From a bacterium (GTDB taxonomy: Bacteria; Actinomycetota; Acidimicrobiia; Spongiisociales; ZC4RG35): a stretch of DNA of 64,000 bases. The stretch covers positions 4,135 to 68,134 of the forward strand of contig JAHEDH010000001.1 in the NCBI GenBank assembly GCA_024641285.1, given 5' to 3'. The notes beneath the pieces were generated by a model. The model saw only the letters and a list, made by a program, of their open reading frames with translations, was not told where the DNA came from and did no database searches. Each line of letters starts with the position of its first letter. Position 1 is the stretch's first letter. Shown here in pieces: positions 56,114-64,000 of this stretch. The translations under genes were made by a program, and so were the position numbers.

Positions 56114-57157
56114 TCAGGCGGTGGCCACGGCCAGACTCAGTTCCAAGTTGGTTTCGGCACGGGCCGCATCGCGACGTCCGAGCCCGCAGGCCGCCCCGAC
56201 GTCGACCGTCCTGCCGACGAGACGTTCGATTCGGTCTCTGAGGACCTTCATCTCCTCGACGGACAGCGACTCGTGGACGAGCCCGGCAGCGAACCTGACG
56301 TCGGTGGGCAGATCGAGGTCCGCAAGCGGGGCGTAGAAGTCGGGATCGAGTGAAGGGGGCTCACTCCCGCGCGCGAACGGCGCATGCACGAACTCGAGCG
56401 TCTGGGCAGCCGGCCACACCGCAATGAGGGCATTCGCCAGACGAACCAGCGCACCGGAGTCCGCCGGATCACCCATCGCCTCGTTGTTCATGTCCCCGTA
56501 GCACAGGTGGATGCCGAATCGGGCTCCGCCGGGCGAGCGTTGGATCACCTTGATGAGCTCCGCCGCCAGCCGATACGCCACCAGCGGCTGGACGGCTGCA
56601 GGCATCTTCGACAGCAGGATGAGCGGGATCGGGATCTCCAGTTGGAAGACGACGTCGTCGCCGGCGATGGCGTGGATCTTCGTGATCTCCCGCACGGTGG
56701 CGTCGCGGAACGGGGCCAGGTTGCGGAGCCCGCGGTCGGGTTTGAATCCGAAGGCGACCAAGGCCAGGTCGAAGTGCCCGGGGATCCCGACCTGAAGAAC
56801 GTGACCCTGACCGGAATCCGCCTTGAACTCCTGCCATGCGGGCCACGACTCCTCGAAATACGCGGTGTAGTCCAACTCGAGGCTGGTCAGCCGATGGCCC
56901 TTCTTGACATCCAGCCGAGGCGACTTCTCGTATCCGCTCCAATCACCATCCTTGGCGACGTACAGGTCGGGATGGTCACGAAGCCCCTCGATGATCCGCT
57001 CGATCCAATCGAGCCGATCACCCGTCTCGCCGTCGGGAATCGAAGCAGGCAGATGGCCGTTCAGCTTCTCGGAGAAGAGACGGAACGCGTCTGCCGCGTC
57101 GTCGGCCGGCATGGTTCCGACCAAGTGCACGTTGCGTCGGGTGAAGTCGTTGGTCAT
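56114..57157 (-). CDS. Short cobalamin-independent methionine-synthase (MetE C-terminal domain, Meth_synt_2)-like protein
   Basis: Candidate Zn-ligand motifs IHLCYGD (compare MetE HMCYS) and AACGLG (compare DCGLK); 347 aa. Confidence 0.45.
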   Translation of the reverse strand: MTNDFTRRNVHLVGTMPADDAADAFRLFSEKLNGHLPASIPDGETGDRLDWIERIIEGLRDHPDLYVAKDGDWSGYEKSPRLDVKKGHRLTSLELDYTAYFEESWPAWQEFKADSGQGHVLQVGIPGHFDLALVAFGFKPDRGLRNLAPFRDATVREITKIHAIAGDDVVFQLEIPIPLILLSKMPAAVQPLVAYRLAAELIKVIQRSPGGARFGIHLCYGDMNNEAMGDPADSGALVRLANALIAVWPAAQTLEFVHAPFARGSEPPSLDPDFYAPLADLDLPTDVRFAAGLVHESLSVEEMKVLRDRIERLVGRTVDVGAACGLGRRDAARAETNLELSLAVATA

Positions 57158-57424
57158 GATCGTTCCTCTCAGATCGTCGGTCTCGACGCGCTCTGAGTGC
57201 CCGCAGGCAGCTCATCGATCAGGCATTGGCACCGTCGTCGACGGTTGCCGCGGCTTCACAGGGCCTGTCCCTCCACCGCTCTTGATGAGCGCGTTCGACG
57301 CAGTATCGCCGAGAGCGCTCCGGCGAGCAAGCAACCGCGCCCGATATCCCGACGAGACTCCTCCGCGCACGATACGGTCGGGTGTCTCACACGCTCGAGG
57401 ACCGCCGAAAGGACTGATTGAGCC

Positions 57425-58213
57425 ATGGAGACGGTCGACATCGATGGCATCGACATCGCATACGAGAGGTTCGGGTCCGGGCCGCCGATGCTGCTGCTCA
57501 CCGGTCTCGGTGGGGTCGGTCGGGCCTGGGGCGGGCTGATCGAGCGCTTCGCGTTGGATCACACAACGGTCGTCCCAGACCATCGCGGCACGGGCTCGTC
57601 GGCCAAACCCCGGTCGGGCTACACCATCGAGGCGCTCGCCAACGACATGTCAGGGCTGGTCCGGCAATTGGGGATCGGCCCTGCTCACGTGGTCGGTTCG
57701 TCGACCGGCGGCGCGATCGCCCAGGTGATGGCGATCGACCATCCCGACACGGTTGCGTCCGTGTCGCTGGTGTCCTCCTGGGCAGGCCCCGACCCCTACT
57801 TCCTCAACCAGTTCGAGGTGCGCAAGTCGATCCTCCTCTCACAAGGGGTGCCCGCATACACCCGGGCCTCCTCCCTGTTCCTGTTCGCACCGAGCTTCGC
57901 CACGAAGCATCCCGAGGTGGTCGAGTCGTGGCTCGCCAAGGCGATGTCGGGCTCGAGCGACCCCGAGATCATGGCTCGGCGGATCGACATGATCATGGCC
58001 CACGATCAGCGGGACCGACTGTCTCGAATCGCGGTGCCGACCATCGTGATCGTCGGCGACGAGGACATCTGCACACCGCCGTTCGCTTCGCGGGAGCTGG
58101 CCGCATCGATCTCGGGGGCACGTCTCGAAGTGCTCCGGGGAGGGCATCTGATCTACCTCGAACAACCGGACCAGTTCTTCGACGAAGTGGCACGGTTCAT
58201 CGGCGAGATCTGA
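57425..58213 (+). CDS. Alpha/beta-fold hydrolase (3-oxoadipate enol-lactonase-like)
   Basis: PMLLLTGLGG; nucleophile elbow GSSTGG; C-terminal His region. Confidence 0.8.
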   Translation: METVDIDGIDIAYERFGSGPPMLLLTGLGGVGRAWGGLIERFALDHTTVVPDHRGTGSSAKPRSGYTIEALANDMSGLVRQLGIGPAHVVGSSTGGAIAQVMAIDHPDTVASVSLVSSWAGPDPYFLNQFEVRKSILLSQGVPAYTRASSLFLFAPSFATKHPEVVESWLAKAMSGSSDPEIMARRIDMIMAHDQRDRLSRIAVPTIVIVGDEDICTPPFASRELAASISGARLEVLRGGHLIYLEQPDQFFDEVARFIGEI

Positions 58214-58235
58214 CCGACAGGCCGTGTTCGGGCGA

Positions 58236-60239
58236 CTAGCCGGGCGGAGCCGGTGGACGCAGCGCCCCAGCTGCGACAGTTGCGGGAACCGAAACCGGAG
58301 CCGGGCCCTTGAACTGAGCGTTGTACAGATCGAAATAGGCACCGGCTGCAGCGATCAACTCGTCGTGGGTTCCCTGCTCGACGATGCGGCCCTCCTCCAT
58401 GACCAGGATGAGGTCGGCGTCGCGGATCGTCGACAACCGGTGGGCGATCACGAAACTCGTTCGATCGCTCCGCAACGCCGCCATGGCGTGCTGGAGCAGC
58501 AGTTCGGTGCGGGTGTCCACCGAACTCGTCGCCTCGTCGAGGATGAGCAGCGACGGATCGCCGAGGAACGCTCTGGCGATCGTGATCAGCTGTTTCTCGC
58601 CGGCACTGATGTTCGAGCCTTCGTCGTCGACGATGGTGTCGTACCCATCTGGAAGGCTGTGGACGAATCGATCGACGAAGGTGGCCGTCGCAGCCTCGAC
58701 GATCTCCTCGTCCGTGGCATCGAGGCGCCCGTACGCAATGTTGTCTCGGATCGTTCCCTTGAACAACCACGTGTCCTGGAGCACCATCCCGATCTCGGAG
58801 CGCAGATCCTCGCGATGCATCTGGGAGATGTCCGCGCCGTCCAGCGTGATCCGGCCGCCGTCGAGTTCATAGAAGCGCATGACCAGGTTGACGAGGGTGG
58901 TCTTCCCGGCGCCCGTGGGTCCGACGATTGCGACCGTCTGACCGGGCTCGACATGGAGCGAGAGGTCGTCGATGAGCGGCACATCCTCCTCGTATCGGAA
59001 CGAGACGTGCTCGAAGCTGACCCTCCCATGACGTTCGTCGACCATCCTCACATGGTCATCGTCGGATGGCTCCTCTTCGGCGTCCAGCAACTCGAACACG
59101 CGCTCTGCGGACGCGACTCCGGACTGCAGAAGGTTGATCATCGAGGCGACTTGGGTCACCGGTTGGGTGAACTGCCGGGAGTATTGGATGAATGCCTGGA
59201 CGTCGCCCAGGCTCATGGTCCCGCTCGCCACCCGCAACCCGCCGAGAACGGCGATCACGACGTAGTTGAGGTTGCCGACGAACATCATGATCGGCATGAT
59301 CAGCCCCGACAGGAACTGGGCGCCGAAGCTGGCCTGGAACAGCGCCTCGTTCTCCACCTCGAAGTCGGTCTGAATCTCTTCCTGGCGACCGAACACCTTG
59401 ATGAGCGCGTGCCCTGTGAATGCCTCCTCGACCTGGGCGTTGAGATTGCCGGTTCTCCGCCACTGATCGACGAACTTCGTGCGGGACCTCTTCATGACGA
59501 ATCCGGCGATCGCCATGCTGATGGGGATGGTCACAAGCGCAATGAGCGCGAGTGTCGGTGAGATCCAGATCATCATCCCGATCACGAATGTGATGGTCAG
59601 CAGCGAAGTCAGGACCTGGCTCATCGTCTGCTGGAGGCTCTGCGACACGTTGTCCATGTCGTTCGTCACGCGGCTGAGGAGCTCCCCCCGGGGCTGCCTG
59701 TCGAAAAAGCGGAGCGGCAACCGGTTCAACTTGTCTTCGACTTCCGAGCGCATGCGGGCGACCGTGTGCTGCACCACGTCGTTCAGCAGGTAGCCCTGGA
59801 GAAAGCTCAGCAGGGAGGACCCCGCGTAGAGGGCGATGACGATCAAGAGGACGGTTCCGACTGCTCCGAAGTCGATGCCCTGGCCAGGCACGACGTCGAC
59901 GCCGGACAGCATGTCGGCGATCTGCGACTGTCCGGCGGCACGGGCGGCCTCGATCGCCTGGGCTTTGGTCATGCCGGCGGGTAGCCGCTTCCCGATCGCA
60001 CCGGCGAAGATCAGATCGGTTGCCCTTCCGAGCACTCTCGGCCCGGTGGCCGACATCGCGACACTGATCACCGCTGCGAAGAGGATGGCGAGGATCTTGG
60101 GCCGCTCGGGGCCGAGGCGGCCGATCAACCGCTTGGCCGACGGACCGAACTCCATGGCCTTCTGTCCGACCATGCCCCCACCCATCGGGCCGCGTCCGTG
60201 CCCCATCGGCGCGCCTTGGATCCGCTCAGTCGACTTCAT
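58236..60239 (-). CDS. ABC exporter, fused TMD-NBD half-transporter (MdlB/MsbA-like), downstream partner
   Basis: Six-TM domain plus NBD (GPTGAGKTT, ISAGEKQLITIARAF, LILDEATSSVD). The listed 1263-aa ORF is read-through; the real start is ATG 60237-60239 after the stop of the upstream partner. Confidence 0.85.
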   Translation of the reverse strand: MKSTERIQGAPMGHGRGPMGGGMVGQKAMEFGPSAKRLIGRLGPERPKILAILFAAVISVAMSATGPRVLGRATDLIFAGAIGKRLPAGMTKAQAIEAARAAGQSQIADMLSGVDVVPGQGIDFGAVGTVLLIVIALYAGSSLLSFLQGYLLNDVVQHTVARMRSEVEDKLNRLPLRFFDRQPRGELLSRVTNDMDNVSQSLQQTMSQVLTSLLTITFVIGMMIWISPTLALIALVTIPISMAIAGFVMKRSRTKFVDQWRRTGNLNAQVEEAFTGHALIKVFGRQEEIQTDFEVENEALFQASFGAQFLSGLIMPIMMFVGNLNYVVIAVLGGLRVASGTMSLGDVQAFIQYSRQFTQPVTQVASMINLLQSGVASAERVFELLDAEEEPSDDDHVRMVDERHGRVSFEHVSFRYEEDVPLIDDLSLHVEPGQTVAIVGPTGAGKTTLVNLVMRFYELDGGRITLDGADISQMHREDLRSEIGMVLQDTWLFKGTIRDNIAYGRLDATDEEIVEAATATFVDRFVHSLPDGYDTIVDDEGSNISAGEKQLITIARAFLGDPSLLILDEATSSVDTRTELLLQHAMAALRSDRTSFVIAHRLSTIRDADLILVMEEGRIVEQGTHDELIAAAGAYFDLYNAQFKGPAPVSVPATVAAGALRPPAPPG

Positions 60240-60253
60240 GGTCTTGGGGGCAG

Positions 60254-61987
60254 TCACGACGCTTCTGCCTTCATCTGCGACTCGACGATCTCTGTGTACG
60301 TCGGGCACGACTCGAGCAGTTCGTCGTGGGTGCCGAGTCCGACGACGTGCCCGTCGTCGAGCACCACGATCTGATCGGCATCGGTGATCGTGAACACCCG
60401 TTGCGCCACGATCAACACGGTGGCTTCGGCGGTGACGGGTGCGAGCGCCATGCGCAGTCGGGCATCGGTGGCGACATCGAGAGCCGAGAACGAGTCGTCG
60501 AACAGATAGATCTCGGGACGCCGGATCAACGCCCGAGCGATGGCAAGACGCTGCCTCTGGCCGCCCGAGAGATTCGTCCCGCCTTGGGCGACGGGCGACT
60601 CGAGGCCTTCCGGCATGTCTTCGACGAAGTCTCTCGCCTGGGCGATCTCGAGCGCTTCCCACATCTCCGCATCGGTCGCGTCGGGTTTGCCGAGCCGCAG
60701 GTTCGAGGCGACCGTTCCACTGAACAGATACGCCTTCTGGGGAACCAGGCCGATTCGCTTCCAGAGGGCCTCCGGGTCCAGTTCTCGGACATCGACTCCG
60801 TCGACGGCGACGACTCCGTCGGTCGCATCGAAGAGTCTTGGGATGAGGTTGAGCAGAGTGGTCTTCCCGGCGCCGGTCGAACCGACGATCGCAGTGGTTT
60901 GGCCGGCCGTGGCGGAGAAGTCGATGTCCCGCAGGACCGGATGCGTCGCCCCGGCGTATTGGAACCCGACACCTCTGAACTCGAGCTCTCCGGTGCGCTG
61001 GACGGCGGTGACACCCCTCTCGGGGGGGACCACGGAGGACTCGGTGTCGAGCACCTCCCCGATCCGGTCGGCCGAAACGGCTGCCCGCGGCACCATCACG
61101 AGCATGATGGTGGACATCATGACGGCCATGAGGATCTGGATGAGGTAGGCGAGAAAGGCGGTCAATGCGCCGATCTGCATGAGACCGGCATCGATGCGGA
61201 TCCCGCCGAACCAGAGAACGGCGACGCTCGAAACGTTGAGCACGAGCATCACGGTCGGGAAGATCGCCGACATCCAGCGGCCGACTGTTATCGAGACGTC
61301 GGTGAGGTCGGTGTTGGCCTTCCCGAATCTCTCCGTCTCGTATGGCTCCCGGACGAAGGCGCGGATCACCCTGATCCCGGTCGTTTGCTCCCGCAGCACC
61401 TGGTTGACGGTGTCGAGCCGGCGCTGCATGAGCCGAAACCCGGGAATCATTCGAGTCAGGATCAGGCCGACCGATCCGGCCAGGATCGGGATCGCCACCG
61501 CTACCAGCCACGACAGCCCCACGTCCTCGCGCAGGGCCATGATCACACCGCCGACCAGCATGATCGGGGCGGCGATCATCATCGTGAATCCCATCATGGC
61601 CAGCATCTGGATCTGCTGGACGTCGTTCGTGTTCCGGGTGATGAGCGTCGGGGCGCCGAATCGCCCGACCTCTCGGCTCGAGAAGGAGCCGACCTGCCGA
61701 AAGATCTGCGACCGGAGGTCGCGCCCGAACGCCATCGCAGTCTGGGCACCGAAATAGACGGCGGTGATCGTGCATGCGATCTGGATGAGCGACACGGCGA
61801 GCATCCATCCGCCAATCCGCACGATGTAACCGGTGTCTCCGGTGACGACGCCGTTGTCGATGATGTCCGCGTTGAGGCTCGGCAGGTAGAGCGACGCGAT
61901 CGTGCCGGCCAGCTGCAGAACCACGATGAACGAGATCCAGCGGCGATACGGAGCGAGATACTCCTTGAGCAGGCGCCAGAGCATCAT
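60254..61987 (-). CDS. ABC exporter, fused TMD-NBD half-transporter, upstream partner
   Basis: NBD motifs GSTGAGKTT, LSGGQRQRLAIARAL, YLFDDSFSALD. ATG start overlaps the TetR stop as ATGA. Confidence 0.85.
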   Translation of the reverse strand: MMLWRLLKEYLAPYRRWISFIVVLQLAGTIASLYLPSLNADIIDNGVVTGDTGYIVRIGGWMLAVSLIQIACTITAVYFGAQTAMAFGRDLRSQIFRQVGSFSSREVGRFGAPTLITRNTNDVQQIQMLAMMGFTMMIAAPIMLVGGVIMALREDVGLSWLVAVAIPILAGSVGLILTRMIPGFRLMQRRLDTVNQVLREQTTGIRVIRAFVREPYETERFGKANTDLTDVSITVGRWMSAIFPTVMLVLNVSSVAVLWFGGIRIDAGLMQIGALTAFLAYLIQILMAVMMSTIMLVMVPRAAVSADRIGEVLDTESSVVPPERGVTAVQRTGELEFRGVGFQYAGATHPVLRDIDFSATAGQTTAIVGSTGAGKTTLLNLIPRLFDATDGVVAVDGVDVRELDPEALWKRIGLVPQKAYLFSGTVASNLRLGKPDATDAEMWEALEIAQARDFVEDMPEGLESPVAQGGTNLSGGQRQRLAIARALIRRPEIYLFDDSFSALDVATDARLRMALAPVTAEATVLIVAQRVFTITDADQIVVLDDGHVVGLGTHDELLESCPTYTEIVESQMKAEAS

Positions 61988-62598
61988 GTGAGGTCGCTCC
62001 CCGGTCGCCACGGCACGCCGTCGGCAAGCACCTGGAATGCTCGGTGGAGCGCCACCCTCAGCGGAACCGGACGACCGTTCTCGAGCCACCATTCGAGCGT
62101 CGAGCGCAACGTGGCGACCGCCCACGCAACGACGAGCCCGGGATACGGGTCGACATCGGGATCGACTCCCAGCCGCGCTCCGACCGCTGAAGTCAAGGCC
62201 CGTTCGAACTGGATGAGGCCGGCCATCTGTCGGGGGATCAACTCCGGGTACCGGCCGGCCAGTTCGGCGCGGACCGTCCACCGCCGGGCGATCTCGGAGT
62301 CCTCATCGGCTGCGAGTACGGCGAGCAAGGCCGTGAACGGGTCCTCGCCGTCGGGCCGACGGCGAACGTCTTCCGCCATGGCTTGGGTCATCCAGGGTTC
62401 GACTCCGACGATCGCCTCCTCCTTGCATGAGAAGTAGTTGAAAAAGGTCCGCGGGGACACGCCGGCGGCGTCGGCGATCTCGTCGACTGTGACGGCATCG
62501 AGCCCGCGCTCGAGCGTGAGCTCGCGGGCGGCGTTTGCAAGCGCCCGATGGGTGGCGAGCTTCTTCAGTTCCCTGCGGTCGAGTGGTGTCTCGAGCAT
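61984..62598 (-). CDS. TetR/AcrR-family transcriptional regulator
   Basis: HTH (LTLERGLDAVTVDEIADAAGVSPRTFFNYFSCKEEAI); start probably ATG 62598. Confidence 0.75.
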   Translation of the reverse strand: MLETPLDRRELKKLATHRALANAARELTLERGLDAVTVDEIADAAGVSPRTFFNYFSCKEEAIVGVEPWMTQAMAEDVRRRPDGEDPFTALLAVLAADEDSEIARRWTVRAELAGRYPELIPRQMAGLIQFERALTSAVGARLGVDPDVDPYPGLVVAWAVATLRSTLEWWLENGRPVPLRVALHRAFQVLADGVPWRPGSDLT

Positions 62599-62688
62599 CC
62601 CGGCAGCATACGGGTCATCTTGCAGTATGCGCAAGTTTGCACAATCCGCAACTTCGCCAGAACCCTCCGGCTCGTCGCCTCGGCCCGC

Positions 62689-63102
62689 TCAGCCGACCGG
62701 GACGGGCGTCCTGTGCCGCCTCTCGGTGGCGGCCACGGCGCGGAGCACCGGGATCATCGAATCGGGGTTGAGCGACATGGAGTCGATCCCCTGCTCGACG
62801 AGGAACTCGACGATGTCGGGGTAGTCGCTCGGAGGCTGGCCACAGATCCCGACCTTGGCCCCCACATCGTGGGCGGTCGAGATGAGCGAACGGATCATCT
62901 CCTTCACTGCCGGGTTCCGCTCGTCGAAGAGCCGAGCCAGCTCGGCCGAGTCCCGATCGACGCCGAGAACGAGTTGGGTCATTTGTACGCCGGCGCCGCC
63001 GAGCGTGCGAACCATCTCCCCGAGCGAGGCCTTCTTGCCGCCGACCTCCGCAACGTCATCCACCGACAGCTCTTCGAACCTGCGCACCCCGACCTTGTCC
63101 AT
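62689..63102 (-). pseudogene. Phosphoenolpyruvate synthase (ppsA-like) remnant: N-terminal about 35 aa fused in frame to the C-terminal about 95 aa (PEP-utilising TIM-barrel end); about 650 codons missing
   Basis: MDKVGVRRFEELSVDDVAEVGGKKASLGEMVRTLGGAGVQ matches the PpsA N-terminus (VGGKNASLGEM); ...MTQLVLGVDRDS...FDERNPAVKEMI...KVGICGQPPSDYPDIVEFLVEQGIDSMSLNPDS matches the PpsA C-terminus. GGAGGAG RBS retained. Confidence 0.5.
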
Positions 63103-63213
63103 GCGTCTCCTCCGACCATCCCACGGTCGGTCTCCGCACGCGCACTGCCAATGGGCCTTGGTCACTGTCTGTGATTGCGACCCACCACCGACGGCGAGTC
63201 GGCGCCGCAGACG

Positions 63214-63972
63214 TCAGGCGGCCGACCACCCCCCGTCGGATGTGACCACGGCGCCATTGACGTTGGAAGCCTCGTCGCTGGCCAACCACGAGATGACAGT
63301 GGCGATCTGATCGGGGTCCGCCACCGGCCCCATCGTTGCCATCTTCTTCTGTGCGAGTTCCATCGCCCAGTCGGTGCGCGGTGCGGCCGTCGCGCCGATT
63401 CCGGTGTCGACGGCCCCGGGGAGCACTGCGTTGGACCTGATCCCCGACGGCCCGTAGAAGAAGGCAACGTGACGGACCAGTCCGACGACACCGTGTTTCG
63501 AGGTCGTGTAGGCCACGCCGGCGGCGCCGGCGCCGAGCGAGGCTTCGGAGGCGACGGTGACGATCGAGCCGCCTCCCGCGGCCTGCATCACCGGAAGGGC
63601 GGCACGCGTGAGGCGCATCACCCCCGTGATGTTCACGGCGAGGACGCGGTCCCATGTCTCGTCATCGACTTCTCCGAGCGGGAGGAAGTGATCCATGATC
63701 CCGGCGACGTTGGCAAGGATGTCGATCGACCCGTTTGCGGCGGTGATCAGACGCTCGACGTCGGCTTGGGATGTGACATCTGCTCGGATCGTCTCGATCG
63801 CCCCTCCCGATGTCATGACCTGATCCCTGGTCGCGGCGAGGCCGTCCGCGGAGACGTCGCAGGCGATCACGTTCGCTCCCTCCGCCGCGAGGCGGATGGC
63901 CGTCGCTCGCCCGATTCCAGATCCTGCCCCGGTGACGATTGCGGTCTTCCCAGCGTGCCTCGACGTGTCCAT
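63214..63972 (-). CDS. SDR-family oxidoreductase (short-chain dehydrogenase)
   Basis: TGAGSGIGRA cofactor motif; NVAGI; catalytic YTTSKHGVVGL. Confidence 0.85.
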   Translation of the reverse strand: MDTSRHAGKTAIVTGAGSGIGRATAIRLAAEGANVIACDVSADGLAATRDQVMTSGGAIETIRADVTSQADVERLITAANGSIDILANVAGIMDHFLPLGEVDDETWDRVLAVNITGVMRLTRAALPVMQAAGGGSIVTVASEASLGAGAAGVAYTTSKHGVVGLVRHVAFFYGPSGIRSNAVLPGAVDTGIGATAAPRTDWAMELAQKKMATMGPVADPDQIATVISWLASDEASNVNGAVVTSDGGWSAA

Positions 63973-64000
63973 TCTGACCTCCGTTCACCGGGAGCCCCGG

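Noticed and set aside
58236-62027. 1263-aa ORF suggesting one giant ABC protein
   Set aside because: Its N-terminal 600 codons are an out-of-frame Arg/His-rich overlap of the upstream exporter gene; two separate TMD-NBD genes (58236..60239 and 60254..61987) explain the sequence.

Overview
Contiguous high-GC (about 70%) actinobacterial-type chromosomal segment carrying about 57 protein-coding genes, mostly with recognisable functions; no tRNA, rRNA, CRISPR or IS/transposase genes were found. Content, left to right: a cobalamin-riboswitch-controlled btuFCD-like uptake operon ending in cobO (partial at the window edge); DUF885; a response regulator / histidine kinase / HtrA-like protease envelope-stress module; a GH65 phosphorylase; an operon of two paralogous single-pass membrane proteins flanking an SLT transglycosylase; a membrane-fused spermidine-synthase-like protein; an LLM oxidoreductase; an acyl-CoA ligase; a minus-strand string arsC / aquaporin / nitroreductase / PQQ propeller / FAD-disulfide oxidoreductase / histidine kinase; a thiolase; DUF1059 plus a SARP regulator; hmgA and DUF302; an alpha/beta hydrolase gene bracketed by a perfect 121-bp direct repeat; PRC-barrel; M24 peptidase plus proline iminopeptidase; an FeS-type photolyase divergent from TetR plus an FtsX-type ABC pump; a very Phe-rich mini-ORF; pta-ackA; an ABC-2 exporter; a TetR / carotenoid oxygenase / LLM oxidoreductase operon with a perfect 22-bp palindrome; LuxR; an FMO-like protein; nitrobindin; a decayed serpin pseudogene; a polytopic histidine kinase; a CrtI-like oxidoreductase; HAD; a MetE-like protein; an alpha/beta hydrolase; a TetR-controlled pair of ABC exporters; an internally deleted ppsA remnant; an SDR. 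I consider the most notable items to be (1) the paralog-SLT-paralog operon at 10.8-14.0 kb and (2) the 121-bp duplication that brackets the inserted hydrolase gene and re-uses the DUF302 promoter and RBS (28.8-30.3 kb), followed by the gene remnants (serpin, ppsA) and the Phe-rich mini-ORF. All calls come from reading the sequence and the ORF translations; no database search was run.
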